NCBI GenBank assembly: GCA_048941265.1
Contig: JBHLNT010000054.1
Location: 1-24,875, forward strand
From: Promethearchaeota archaeon
GTDB lineage: Archaea; Asgardarchaeota; Lokiarchaeia; Sigyniarchaeales; SOKP01
Reading direction: 5' to 3'
DNA length: 24,875 bases
Under the pieces are notes generated by a model that saw nothing but the letters and a program-made list of their open reading frames with translations, had not been told where the DNA came from and did not search any database. The translations under genes and the position numbers were made by a program. The stretch's first letter is position 1. Each line of letters begins with the position of its first letter. Positions 17,442-24,875 of the stretch are shown in pieces.

Positions 17442-18581
17442 TTAAAAAGATTTATTTAACAGTTCTGCTAACAATTTAGTATTAATTGATTTTGACCGGA
17501 ACTTAGAATGATATTCACTTAAATTTTCAGCAATCTTTTTATATTTATCATAGTTATCAATTACTAATTTTATTTTTTGAGCAATAGATGTATATGAAGT
17601 CAAATCTAAAATTAAATCTCTATTCTCGCGAAATAAAGAAACATTATTACCACTATTAGATGTGATAATTATTTTACCTTTCATCACATTCTCTAAAATT
17701 TTTATTGCAATCGTTGATGGGCATAAATTATTAAACATGGGAAATAATAAACAGTGATATTCATTAATTAAATTAGATAATTGTTTATGAGGTTTTGCTC
17801 CTAGAAATGTAGCATCTTCGCGTAAATCTTTATTTTCGACTAGGTTTTCGATATTTTTTCTTTTTGGACCGTCTCCAATTAGATATAATTTTACATTATA
17901 ATTGTTTTCTTTTAAATATTTAATAGCATTAATAATAGGAATTATTAAATCATATTTTTTAAATCTACCAACATAACCGACTTTAAAACAGTCTTTAGAT
18001 CTATTAAAATCAGGATTATTACCTTTTAGAAAATATTCTTGAATGTAGTATGGGATTATTTTTATCTTATTAGATGAAGCTCCATAATAAATTAATATCT
18101 TTTTAGCACGTGTATTTTCAACAATAAAATCATCAACATGGCGTAAGGCATAAATTTCTAGATTGGGTTCGATATAGTAAAAAAAATTTAGTAAAAACGA
18201 TTCATTAGGTTTATATTCTATATTTCTTAGGAACGCTTTCCTTTCTACAAACATAAGTGGTGTGCATCCTGATCTTAAGATAATTCTATTTTTAAAAAAT
18301 TTTCTTAACAGGATTGGTAAAATCGCTAGTTTTGGACCACGAATTATAAAGACGTTATTTGTGGTTATGATCTCCTTTATATAATAGCCATAAAATGTAA
18401 TTACTGATTTTAATGATATTTTATTATTTTTATTAAATTTTGGAAATAGAGCAATTTTTTTATAAATAGGGGGTATAGCGTCAAATAATTTTCTATCATT
18501 AATCGCATCACCAAAAGCACCAGATCTGAAATTTGAAAATGTACAAAACACAATTTTCTTCATAGAACTTTTTCGTTTCAT
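17442..18581 (-). CDS. Glycosyltransferase family 4 (divergent)
   Basis: Motifs VGYVGRF, LIGDGPKR, FLGAKPH and PSTIAIKILENVMKGK. The start may be the second ATG at 18563 (MKKIVFCTF). Confidence 0.85.
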   Translation of the reverse strand: MKRKSSMKKIVFCTFSNFRSGAFGDAINDRKLFDAIPPIYKKIALFPKFNKNNKISLKSVITFYGYYIKEIITTNNVFIIRGPKLAILPILLRKFFKNRIILRSGCTPLMFVERKAFLRNIEYKPNESFLLNFFYYIEPNLEIYALRHVDDFIVENTRAKKILIYYGASSNKIKIIPYYIQEYFLKGNNPDFNRSKDCFKVGYVGRFKKYDLIIPIINAIKYLKENNYNVKLYLIGDGPKRKNIENLVENKDLREDATFLGAKPHKQLSNLINEYHCLLFPMFNNLCPSTIAIKILENVMKGKIIITSNSGNNVSLFRENRDLILDLTSYTSIAQKIKLVIDNYDKYKKIAENLSEYHSKFRSKSINTKLLAELLNKSF

Positions 18582-18769
18582 TATAATTTTTCAATACTGA
18601 TTTATTGAATATTTAGTATAAAATGTTGTTTGGAAAAAATTTTACTAATTAAAGAAGTGTAAAACTTTTTTTTCTTAAAACATTCAAAATCTAAAGTTTG
18701 GGATAATTTATAAATAAGTGGATTATATTAGAATTTAAAATTATTTTTAAGAAATGTACAAACGAAACA

Positions 18770-18788
18770 TTCTAATAAATTATTAGAA
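18770..18788. promoter_or_regulatory. Perfect 9-1-9 palindrome TTCTAATAA-A-TTATTAGAA, candidate operator
   Basis: Read directly in the divergent GT4/asnB intergenic region, about 33 nt upstream of the asnB ATG. Confidence 0.35.
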
Positions 18789-18820
18789 GTAATACCTTAA
18801 TATATTTTTAAGTGATGGAA

Positions 18821-20611
18821 ATGTGTTCTATATCTGGTTTCACATGGGACGATGAACTACTTATAAAAAAGATGAATAATATTCTGATCCATCGTGGACC
18901 AGATGATAGTGGTATATATATTGATAAGCATATCTCACTAGGACATAATAGATTATCTATTATCGATTTATCTAAAGCTGGCCATCAACCAATGACAAAT
19001 AATAAAGGTACTTTATGGATTATTTACAATGGTGAAGTATACAACTATAAAGAACTTAGAGAAAAACTGGAAAAATTCGGCTACAAATTCAGATCAACTT
19101 CCGATACAGAAGTTATTCTTTATGCTTATGAACACTATGGTTCTCAATGTTTAGACTTCTTTAATGGAATGTTTGCTATTGCGATATGGGATACAGTAAA
19201 AAAAGAATTATTTTTAGCTAGGGACAGAATAGGAATAAAACCACTATATTATATGTATGATGGAAAAAAATTAATCTTTTCTTCAGAGCTAAAAGCCATC
19301 TTACTGCATGATCTTAAAAAGAGCATTGATTTGCAATGTCTTAATTCCTTTTTAAAATATAGATTTATCCCTTCAAATAAAACAATGTTAGCAGGGATTA
19401 ATAAATTATTACCCGGACATTATGCTATTTATAAAAATGGGAGTTTTTGTGTTAAAAAATATTGGGACCTCTCCTGGGAAATATCAGATAAATCCGAAAA
19501 TTATCAAATTGCTATGTTAGAAAAATTATTACATTCTTCTATAGAATTGAGACTTAATAGTGATGTTCCTCTAGGTGCGTTCCTTTCAGGAGGAATTGAT
19601 TCAAGTTTAGTGGTTGCAATCAATTCCAAACTACGAAAAGATAAGGTTGAAACATTTACAGTTGGATTTGGACATGAATCTGATGAATTTAAATATGCCC
19701 ATAAAGTGGCTGAATATTTATCCACAAATCATCACGAATTAATCCTTGATTATAAAAATATAACAAGAAAATTGCCTGATCTAATATGGCAAATGGATGA
19801 ACCTCATTCAGAAATAACTATTGTACCTTTATATTTTTTGACTGAATTTGCGAGAAAAAGGGTTACGGTTGTTAATACTGGTGAAGGAGCTGACGAACTT
19901 TTTTCGGGTTATGTAACTTATTATGTCGGTTCTAATATGTTTAAACCAATCCCGGATTACTTTAGAAGACGGCTATACATGTGGTATTATTCTCCCTTTA
20001 AAAAAAAAGATAGAGTTAAGTTATTAAAAGATTCTATTACTGAAGATGATACATTAAATGATTATCTGCTCAATAAAAATGAATTATCATATTATCCAAA
20101 AAATTTACTCAATAGAATGCTTTTCTTTGACATAAAACATGAATTACCTAATTGGGAGTTGAACCGGGCTGATAAAATGACAATGGCACATTCTATGGAA
20201 GCAAGAGTCCCTTTTTTAGATCATAGAATTGTTGAATTAAGTACGGGTATGAAAGTAAAACAAAAACTCCCTAATCTGAATGGGAAATATCTTTTAAAGA
20301 AGTTGGCCTTGAGATATCTCCCACGTGAAATAGTTTTGAGAAAAAAACAAGGATTTTTTGTTCCTATGCATACTTGGATAAAGGATAATCTCGAAGATGC
20401 TGCTGAAGCGATACTTTTTAATAATAAGAAAAAGTTCTTTGATTATAATTATATTAATCGTCTTATTCATAAACATCGATCAACGAAAAAACCAAAACCA
20501 TTTCAATTATATTCATTCCAGATTTTAATACTTTTATTTTTTGATATGTGGTATGAAATGTATATTAATAATAAAACCTCAAAAGAATTAATAAGGATTC
20601 TAAGGATTTAA
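18821..20611 (+). CDS. asnB: Asparagine synthase (glutamine-hydrolysing) family amidotransferase, probably sugar (uronate) amidation
   Basis: Motifs MCSISG (Ntn Cys2), HRGPD, GHNRLSIIDL, YNGEVYN, SDTEV, RDRIGIKPLYY, LSGGIDSS, GEGADELF and EARVPFLD. The start is moved from 18812 to the ATG at 18821 so that Cys is residue 2. AAGTGA at 18810-18815 is a plausible RBS. Confidence 0.95.
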   Translation: MCSISGFTWDDELLIKKMNNILIHRGPDDSGIYIDKHISLGHNRLSIIDLSKAGHQPMTNNKGTLWIIYNGEVYNYKELREKLEKFGYKFRSTSDTEVILYAYEHYGSQCLDFFNGMFAIAIWDTVKKELFLARDRIGIKPLYYMYDGKKLIFSSELKAILLHDLKKSIDLQCLNSFLKYRFIPSNKTMLAGINKLLPGHYAIYKNGSFCVKKYWDLSWEISDKSENYQIAMLEKLLHSSIELRLNSDVPLGAFLSGGIDSSLVVAINSKLRKDKVETFTVGFGHESDEFKYAHKVAEYLSTNHHELILDYKNITRKLPDLIWQMDEPHSEITIVPLYFLTEFARKRVTVVNTGEGADELFSGYVTYYVGSNMFKPIPDYFRRRLYMWYYSPFKKKDRVKLLKDSITEDDTLNDYLLNKNELSYYPKNLLNRMLFFDIKHELPNWELNRADKMTMAHSMEARVPFLDHRIVELSTGMKVKQKLPNLNGKYLLKKLALRYLPREIVLRKKQGFFVPMHTWIKDNLEDAAEAILFNNKKKFFDYNYINRLIHKHRSTKKPKPFQLYSFQILILLFFDMWYEMYINNKTSKELIRILRI

Positions 20612-20671
20612 AACAATCTTTTGATTATAACCCGTAAATAAATTTAATTTCAAAATAAATTGTGTGAAAAA

Positions 20672-21841
20672 ATGATGATAAAACCTAATATAAACTTACT
20701 AAAAGGATTTCTTAGACGCTCTTGTTATATTCCCAAATTAATCCTCAATGATGTTTTGAAATTAAATAAAGTAATTTATTCTAATAAGTTACATCTGCAA
20801 AGAGCCATCGATTGGTTATTATTTGCTCAGAAAATTACTAAAGATGGTGGTGTTTCATCTAGTTTTTCTTTACTGGGCGGTTGGGGGGCTTCTTATCCTG
20901 AAACTTCAGGATACATAATTCCGACCTTAATTGATTATTATTCTATTACTAAAGATAAAATTTATTTAGAAACTGTTAAAAAAATAGCAAATTGGGAATG
21001 TTCTATACAACTACATAACGGAGGATTTCAGGGGGATGTTATTAGTAAAAATAAAAGAACGACAATTTTTAATACAGGACAAGTAATTTTAGGATTAGTT
21101 AGAGCATTTAAAGAATTAAAAATTGAATCTTATCTCTTAAGTGCCATGAAAGCGGGGGATTTATTAGTAAATATGCAAGAAAAAGATGGTAATTGGATTA
21201 AATATTGCTTTAATAATATCCCTCATTCTTATAATGTAAGAGTTGCTTGGGCTTTATTAGAATTGGCTAAAATCACAAAAGAAAATAAATATAAAGAAGC
21301 AGCAATAAAAAATCTAAATTGGGCACATAAACAAAAAAATAATAATTATTGGTTTCATAAAAATTCATTTATTGCAAATAAACCTCCCCTTTTACATACT
21401 ATTGCGTATTCAATACGAGGTTTTTTAGAATCAGGTTTAATATTAGAGGATAACAAGTTAAAAGATGTAGCCTTAAATTCTTCCTTAAAATTATTGGAAT
21501 ATTATGAGAAATATCAGTTTTTACCAGCAAGATTCGACTCTAATTGGCAAAGCAATGATTATTATAGTTGTTTAACTGGAGATGCTCAAATATCCATAAT
21601 TTGGCTTAAATTATATCAAATTTACAAAGAAAAAAAATTTCTTTTAAATGCTATTAGTTTAAATAATTATTTAAAATCAAATCAGATATTAGATTTTAGA
21701 TATAAAGATATTGATGGAGCAATAAAAGGTTCAGATCCGATATGGGGGTTGTATAATATTTTTAGTTTTCCAAATTGGGCAACTAAATTCTTTTGTGATG
21801 CTTTAATTTTAGAAAATAAAATTTTATCAAAATTAACCTAA
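20672..21841 (+). CDS. (alpha/alpha)6-barrel protein of the PETxGY type found in polysaccharide loci; function unknown
   Basis: Motifs AIDWL..AQ, SYPETSGYIIPTL, QW-like repeats (W..SIQLHNGGF, MQEKDGNW), FNTGQV, LHTIAY..RG, CLTGDAQ and GAIKGS.P..G.Y..FPNWATKFF.DAL. The start is probably ATG 20672 or 20675 (GTGA at 20664-20667) rather than TTG 20660. Confidence 0.7.
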   Translation: MMIKPNINLLKGFLRRSCYIPKLILNDVLKLNKVIYSNKLHLQRAIDWLLFAQKITKDGGVSSSFSLLGGWGASYPETSGYIIPTLIDYYSITKDKIYLETVKKIANWECSIQLHNGGFQGDVISKNKRTTIFNTGQVILGLVRAFKELKIESYLLSAMKAGDLLVNMQEKDGNWIKYCFNNIPHSYNVRVAWALLELAKITKENKYKEAAIKNLNWAHKQKNNNYWFHKNSFIANKPPLLHTIAYSIRGFLESGLILEDNKLKDVALNSSLKLLEYYEKYQFLPARFDSNWQSNDYYSCLTGDAQISIIWLKLYQIYKEKKFLLNAISLNNYLKSNQILDFRYKDIDGAIKGSDPIWGLYNIFSFPNWATKFFCDALILENKILSKLT

Positions 21842-21848
21842 ATCTGAA

Positions 21849-22538
21849 TTAAACTCTTAAACCACCATTTAAATGAATCACTTGGCCTACTAAATATCTA
21901 GATGATATTATATACTTTATGAGTTTATAAATTTCTTCAGGATCTCCAAAATCCTTCATAGGTATTTTTTCTTTCGTTATTTTTTCTATTTTATTGTTTA
22001 AATCTAATCCCATACCAATTTTAAAATATCCTAAAGCAATTGCATTCACAAACACTTTTCTATCATGAAGACATTCCAAAGCAAATGATTTTGTAAATGA
22101 TTCCACACCCCCTTTAGACGCTGCATAATTTGTGGCTCCGATCATCCCTGTACAACTTAAAATACTTGAAACATTAATTATATGGCCATATTCAACCATT
22201 TTTTCAATTCCATATCTACAAGAAAAAAATACCGTCTTAAGATTTGAGTCAATTACCCGGTCCCATTCTTCTTCTTTCATTCGGCATATTAAATTGTTTT
22301 CTACATAACCCATTACATTAATTAGTACGTCTAATGATTCAATTTTAGAAAAGGTATCTATAACTTCCTGTTTTATCGTGAAATCACATTTAAAAATGGT
22401 ACACAATGCCTCCTTCGTTTTATAAATCTTTTCTCTTGAAGTATTATAAGTAAGTATTAAATCATTCTCTTTTTTATCAAACTTTTCAGTTAAAAAGCTT
22501 CCTATTCCTCCACTAGCCCCAGCAATCATAATTTTCAT
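21849..22538 (-). CDS. Classical SDR, FabG/acetoacetyl-CoA reductase-like
   Basis: Motifs GASGGIG, LDVLIN, M..EEWDRVIDSNL, NVSS, NYAASKGG (YxxxK), VNAIALG and GQVIHLNGG. Confidence 0.88.
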   Translation of the reverse strand: MKIMIAGASGGIGSFLTEKFDKKENDLILTYNTSREKIYKTKEALCTIFKCDFTIKQEVIDTFSKIESLDVLINVMGYVENNLICRMKEEEWDRVIDSNLKTVFFSCRYGIEKMVEYGHIINVSSILSCTGMIGATNYAASKGGVESFTKSFALECLHDRKVFVNAIALGYFKIGMGLDLNNKIEKITKEKIPMKDFGDPEEIYKLIKYIISSRYLVGQVIHLNGGLRV

Positions 22539-22545
22539 TATTTAA

Positions 22546-22550
22546 CACCT
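22546..22550 (-). promoter_or_regulatory. Shine-Dalgarno AGGTG for the SDR
   Basis: The minus strand reads TTTAGGTGTTAAATAATG, placing AGGTG 7 nt before the ATG. Confidence 0.6.
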
Positions 22551-22573
22551 AAATTTATTATTGTTAGAAGAAC

Positions 22574-23530
22574 TTAATTATCTGATTCAATATTTAATTG
22601 ATTTTTAATTGTCTCAAATGGGTATAGACCTTTACTTTTTATCTCTTCTTCTGTTGAATATATAGTTATGCCTAATTTTGCTAGTACCATTAGTATTTCA
22701 CAGAATTTCTTAGCATCTACCCACCATGAATGAGCTTCTCCTATTTTTCCCAAATTTAAAATATCTAATCTGTTATAAATTTCCCAAAAATAATTATTGA
22801 TAAATGGATTCTTTTCAATTCTAGTTTTAGCGACTTCTTGATCTAATGGTTGAACCGCGACATTTATAATTTCTTCATTATCTAATTTACATTTAATGTT
22901 AAAAATATCATCAACTTTTACTTTAACAGGAAAGTTATCTCCCATTATATCTTCTACATGATGGTATTGAGTAGTCCATGCTAAACTTATTCCTATTCCT
23001 AAAATTTTTCCATTTAATTCAATTAACTTTGCCCAGGGTGAATTTTCACCATATGTTTTATTACCAATATGATGTGTTTCCGTTATTTTTTTGGCATATT
23101 TACCGATTGCAGAGATTGAATGAGTAGGATGTATACTTCGATAAATTCCATTGTATTTTAAAAATTCTGAGGGAATCGCTCCTAACCCTGTTGGAGTGGT
23201 TTTATAATCGAAAATGTAGTCTTTCATTGTACACAGCTCATACATAGTATTATGTAATGGAAAAGTGGGAATGACTAAAGTTCCTTCTGGGCCAATAATT
23301 TTTAATAAAGCGTTTATAACTGTATTAGGACCCCCTTTCACATATCCTATGCTTTTTAAAGAGCTGTGAACTAATATAATATCTCCTTGTTTAATTCCTA
23401 TATCATATAAATCCGAAACAATTTCATCTAATTCGATGTGCCTAGATTTTTTTTTTACTATTATCTTGTTGAATTTATACCTAAATTTTATATATCTGCG
23501 ATACCCAAAATTTTTAAATTTTTCGAACAC
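22574..23530 (-). CDS. AAC(3)/YokD-family N-acyltransferase
   Basis: Motifs GIKQGDIILVHSSLKSIG.V.GG, GPEGTLVIPTF, G.IP.EF, RSIHPTHSISAIG, SPW.KL...GKILGIG and TQYHHVE. GTG start with a basic N-terminal extension. Confidence 0.92.
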   Translation of the reverse strand: MFEKFKNFGYRRYIKFRYKFNKIIVKKKSRHIELDEIVSDLYDIGIKQGDIILVHSSLKSIGYVKGGPNTVINALLKIIGPEGTLVIPTFPLHNTMYELCTMKDYIFDYKTTPTGLGAIPSEFLKYNGIYRSIHPTHSISAIGKYAKKITETHHIGNKTYGENSPWAKLIELNGKILGIGISLAWTTQYHHVEDIMGDNFPVKVKVDDIFNIKCKLDNEEIINVAVQPLDQEVAKTRIEKNPFINNYFWEIYNRLDILNLGKIGEAHSWWVDAKKFCEILMVLAKLGITIYSTEEEIKSKGLYPFETIKNQLNIESDN

Positions 23531-23623
23531 GTAGAATCATTTTCTTATTAAACTCTATACATTAGTATAGCGTATTATATTTTTTTAATTTTTATATTTG
23601 AAATTTTATAGTTTTATATAAAG

Positions 23624-23648
23624 GAATATATTTATAAAAAATATGTTC
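23624..23648 (+). promoter_or_regulatory. TATA box TTTATAAA (23631-23638) inside an imperfect palindrome
   Basis: GAATATATTT-ATAAA-AAATATGTTC has 10-bp arms with one mismatch. The TATA begins 41 nt before the ATA start. Confidence 0.4.
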
Positions 23649-23660
23649 ATTTATTAGAAT

Positions 23661-23666
23661 AGGTGA
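23661..23666 (+). promoter_or_regulatory. Shine-Dalgarno AGGTGA
   Basis: AGGTGA lies 5 nt before the ATA at 23672. Confidence 0.7.
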
Positions 23667-23671
23667 TTTAA

Positions 23672-24829
23672 ATACATATTTGTTTTTTTATTGAATATAC
23701 ACATGGTTGTGAGGAATTAAAATTAATTTATGGTGGTATTCAAAATCAAATTGTAATCCTCTTACCTTGTCTTGAGAAATATAAGGAACTTTTTATTTCA
23801 ATAGTGACCAAATATTCAAAATATAAGCCAATTTCAGATAAATCGAAGATTTATAGAATTCATAAGTTTAAAAATTATAAATTTGATAGTAGTTATTTTA
23901 TAATTAAATCATTTTTCAAATTAATTGAGATCCATAAAAAACAACCTATTCATATAATTAACGTGAGTGGGCATGATATTCTAATGATTGCGCCATTTTT
24001 AATTAGAATATTTTTTAAGGTTCCTTTATTAATGGAGATGCCAACAGACTATACAAATTATGTTAGAATGGTGCAAATGACAGAAAAACAGAATTTAATC
24101 GCAAAAATAATTAATATTAGCTGGTTTAAATTTTATAAAAGAGTAATTCTTAGGAGAATAAATTTTATGAGACCCTTGAATAAATTGATGGTAGATGATT
24201 TAGTAAATATGAATTATCCTAGGGAAAGAATGATTAAATTAGCAAATGGAATTAAAAGTAAAAAACTTATTGGGTTAAAAAAAAATCCTCATCCCGGAGT
24301 TCATTATGGATTTGTTGGTCGCCTTACTAAAATTAAAAATCTTAATTTTTTATTAGAGGTAATTAAAATGTATTTTAACGAATATCCTAATGATAAATTG
24401 TTTATTTATGGAGAGGGTCCCGAAAAAAACTCATTATTAGATTTTATTTATAAAAATAATATGTCTGAAAATGTATTTTTAGTTGGTTTCGAAAATGATC
24501 AAGAAAAAATTTATACAAATATAGATGTTTTATTAAATACATCTTTCGGTGAGGGTATTCCAAATGTAATTTTGGAAGCAATGGCCACTAAGACATTCAT
24601 AATTGCTTCAAATGTCCATGGTAATAACGATTTAATAAATCATAACGAAACTGGTTTTTTATTCCGACATAATAATAAAAATGATTTCTTAAAACAATTA
24701 TTAAGATATCGACAGAATAAAGTTGATATAGATAACATTTTAGAAAATGCAAATATAGAAATAGTTAAAAATTATGATATTCAGGTTATAGCTCATAAAT
24801 TGTTCGCATTCTTTAATTCCCATTTGTAG
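23672..24829 (+). CDS. Glycosyltransferase family 4 (385 aa), non-canonical ATA start
   Basis: The frame of the 23804 ORF stays open back to ATA 23672, which is preceded directly by an in-frame TAA. The extension (I/M)HICFFIEYTH..GGIQNQ aligns without gaps to MHICIVIGNTH..GGVANQ of the 5271 paralogue. GT4 motifs FVGRL..IKN, YGEGPE and SFGEGIPNVILEAMA are present. Confidence 0.9.
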   Translation: MHICFFIEYTHGCEELKLIYGGIQNQIVILLPCLEKYKELFISIVTKYSKYKPISDKSKIYRIHKFKNYKFDSSYFIIKSFFKLIEIHKKQPIHIINVSGHDILMIAPFLIRIFFKVPLLMEMPTDYTNYVRMVQMTEKQNLIAKIINISWFKFYKRVILRRINFMRPLNKLMVDDLVNMNYPRERMIKLANGIKSKKLIGLKKNPHPGVHYGFVGRLTKIKNLNFLLEVIKMYFNEYPNDKLFIYGEGPEKNSLLDFIYKNNMSENVFLVGFENDQEKIYTNIDVLLNTSFGEGIPNVILEAMATKTFIIASNVHGNNDLINHNETGFLFRHNNKNDFLKQLLRYRQNKVDIDNILENANIEIVKNYDIQVIAHKLFAFFNSHL

Positions 24830-24875
24830 AAAAGTTTTTATTCGTGTTTTTTATCAAAATTTAAATCTAAAATTT

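Noticed and set aside
18812-18820. ORF-track start for asnB (MMEMC...)
   Set aside because: Class II glutamine amidotransferases need the catalytic Cys at the N-terminus, so ATG 18821 is the start and the upstream GTGA is better read as an RBS.
19504-20476. Two short minus-strand ORFs (19504..19725 and 20294..20476)
   Set aside because: Antisense to conserved asnB domains.
20672-21841. Squalene-hopene or terpene cyclase
   Set aside because: It has QW-like repeats but no DxDD motif and is only about 390 aa, a single barrel.
21849-22538. SDR as DprE2, the arabinose donor reductase, which would complete the AftA story
   Set aside because: Its motifs (EEWDRVIDSNL, NYAASKGG, GQVIHLNGG) are FabG-like and there is no adjacent FAD-dependent DprE1 in the window.
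22574-23530. Aminoglycoside resistance gene or resistance island
   Set aside because: No mobile element nearby, composition looks like the neighbouring genes, and the glycan-cluster context favours a biosynthetic role.
23804-23806. ORF-track GTG start for the last GT4
   Set aside because: It would remove 44 residues that align without gaps to the paralogue's N-terminus.
1-24875. CRISPR array, IS element, integrase or phase-variable tracts
   Set aside because: No regular repeats or transposase ORFs were seen. Homopolymer runs of 8-9 A/T are expected at this composition and none disrupts a reading frame.

Overview
Very AT-rich window (roughly 20-25% GC by eye) filled by a 17-gene cell-envelope glycan biosynthesis and tailoring cluster. 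GGTG(A)-type ribosome-binding sites, TTTATAAA boxes, a DPM1/AglJ-like GT2 and the gene style suggest an archaeon, possibly Lokiarchaeia/Asgard; this is inference only. Contents: four GT4s, two GT2s, two Wzx/MOP flippases, three GT-C-type multi-pass glycosyltransferases and six tailoring enzymes (CE4 deacetylase, HGSNAT/DUF1624-like membrane acyltransferase, AsnB-type amidotransferase, an (alpha/alpha)6 PETxGY protein, a FabG-like SDR and an AAC(3)-family N-acyltransferase). The main signal is 12704..14515, which looks like a full-length homologue of the mycobacterial priming arabinofuranosyltransferase AftA (GT85). 147..1868 carries AftB/GT89-like motifs. Together these suggest a polyprenyl-phosphate-dependent, possibly furanoside-building wall or surface glycan pathway in a non-actinobacterial, probably archaeal, genome. 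The last GT4 almost certainly starts at a non-canonical ATA (23672), 44 codons upstream of the ORF-track call. No RNA genes, CRISPR arrays or mobile elements were seen. All homology calls come from motifs recalled from memory, not from database searches.
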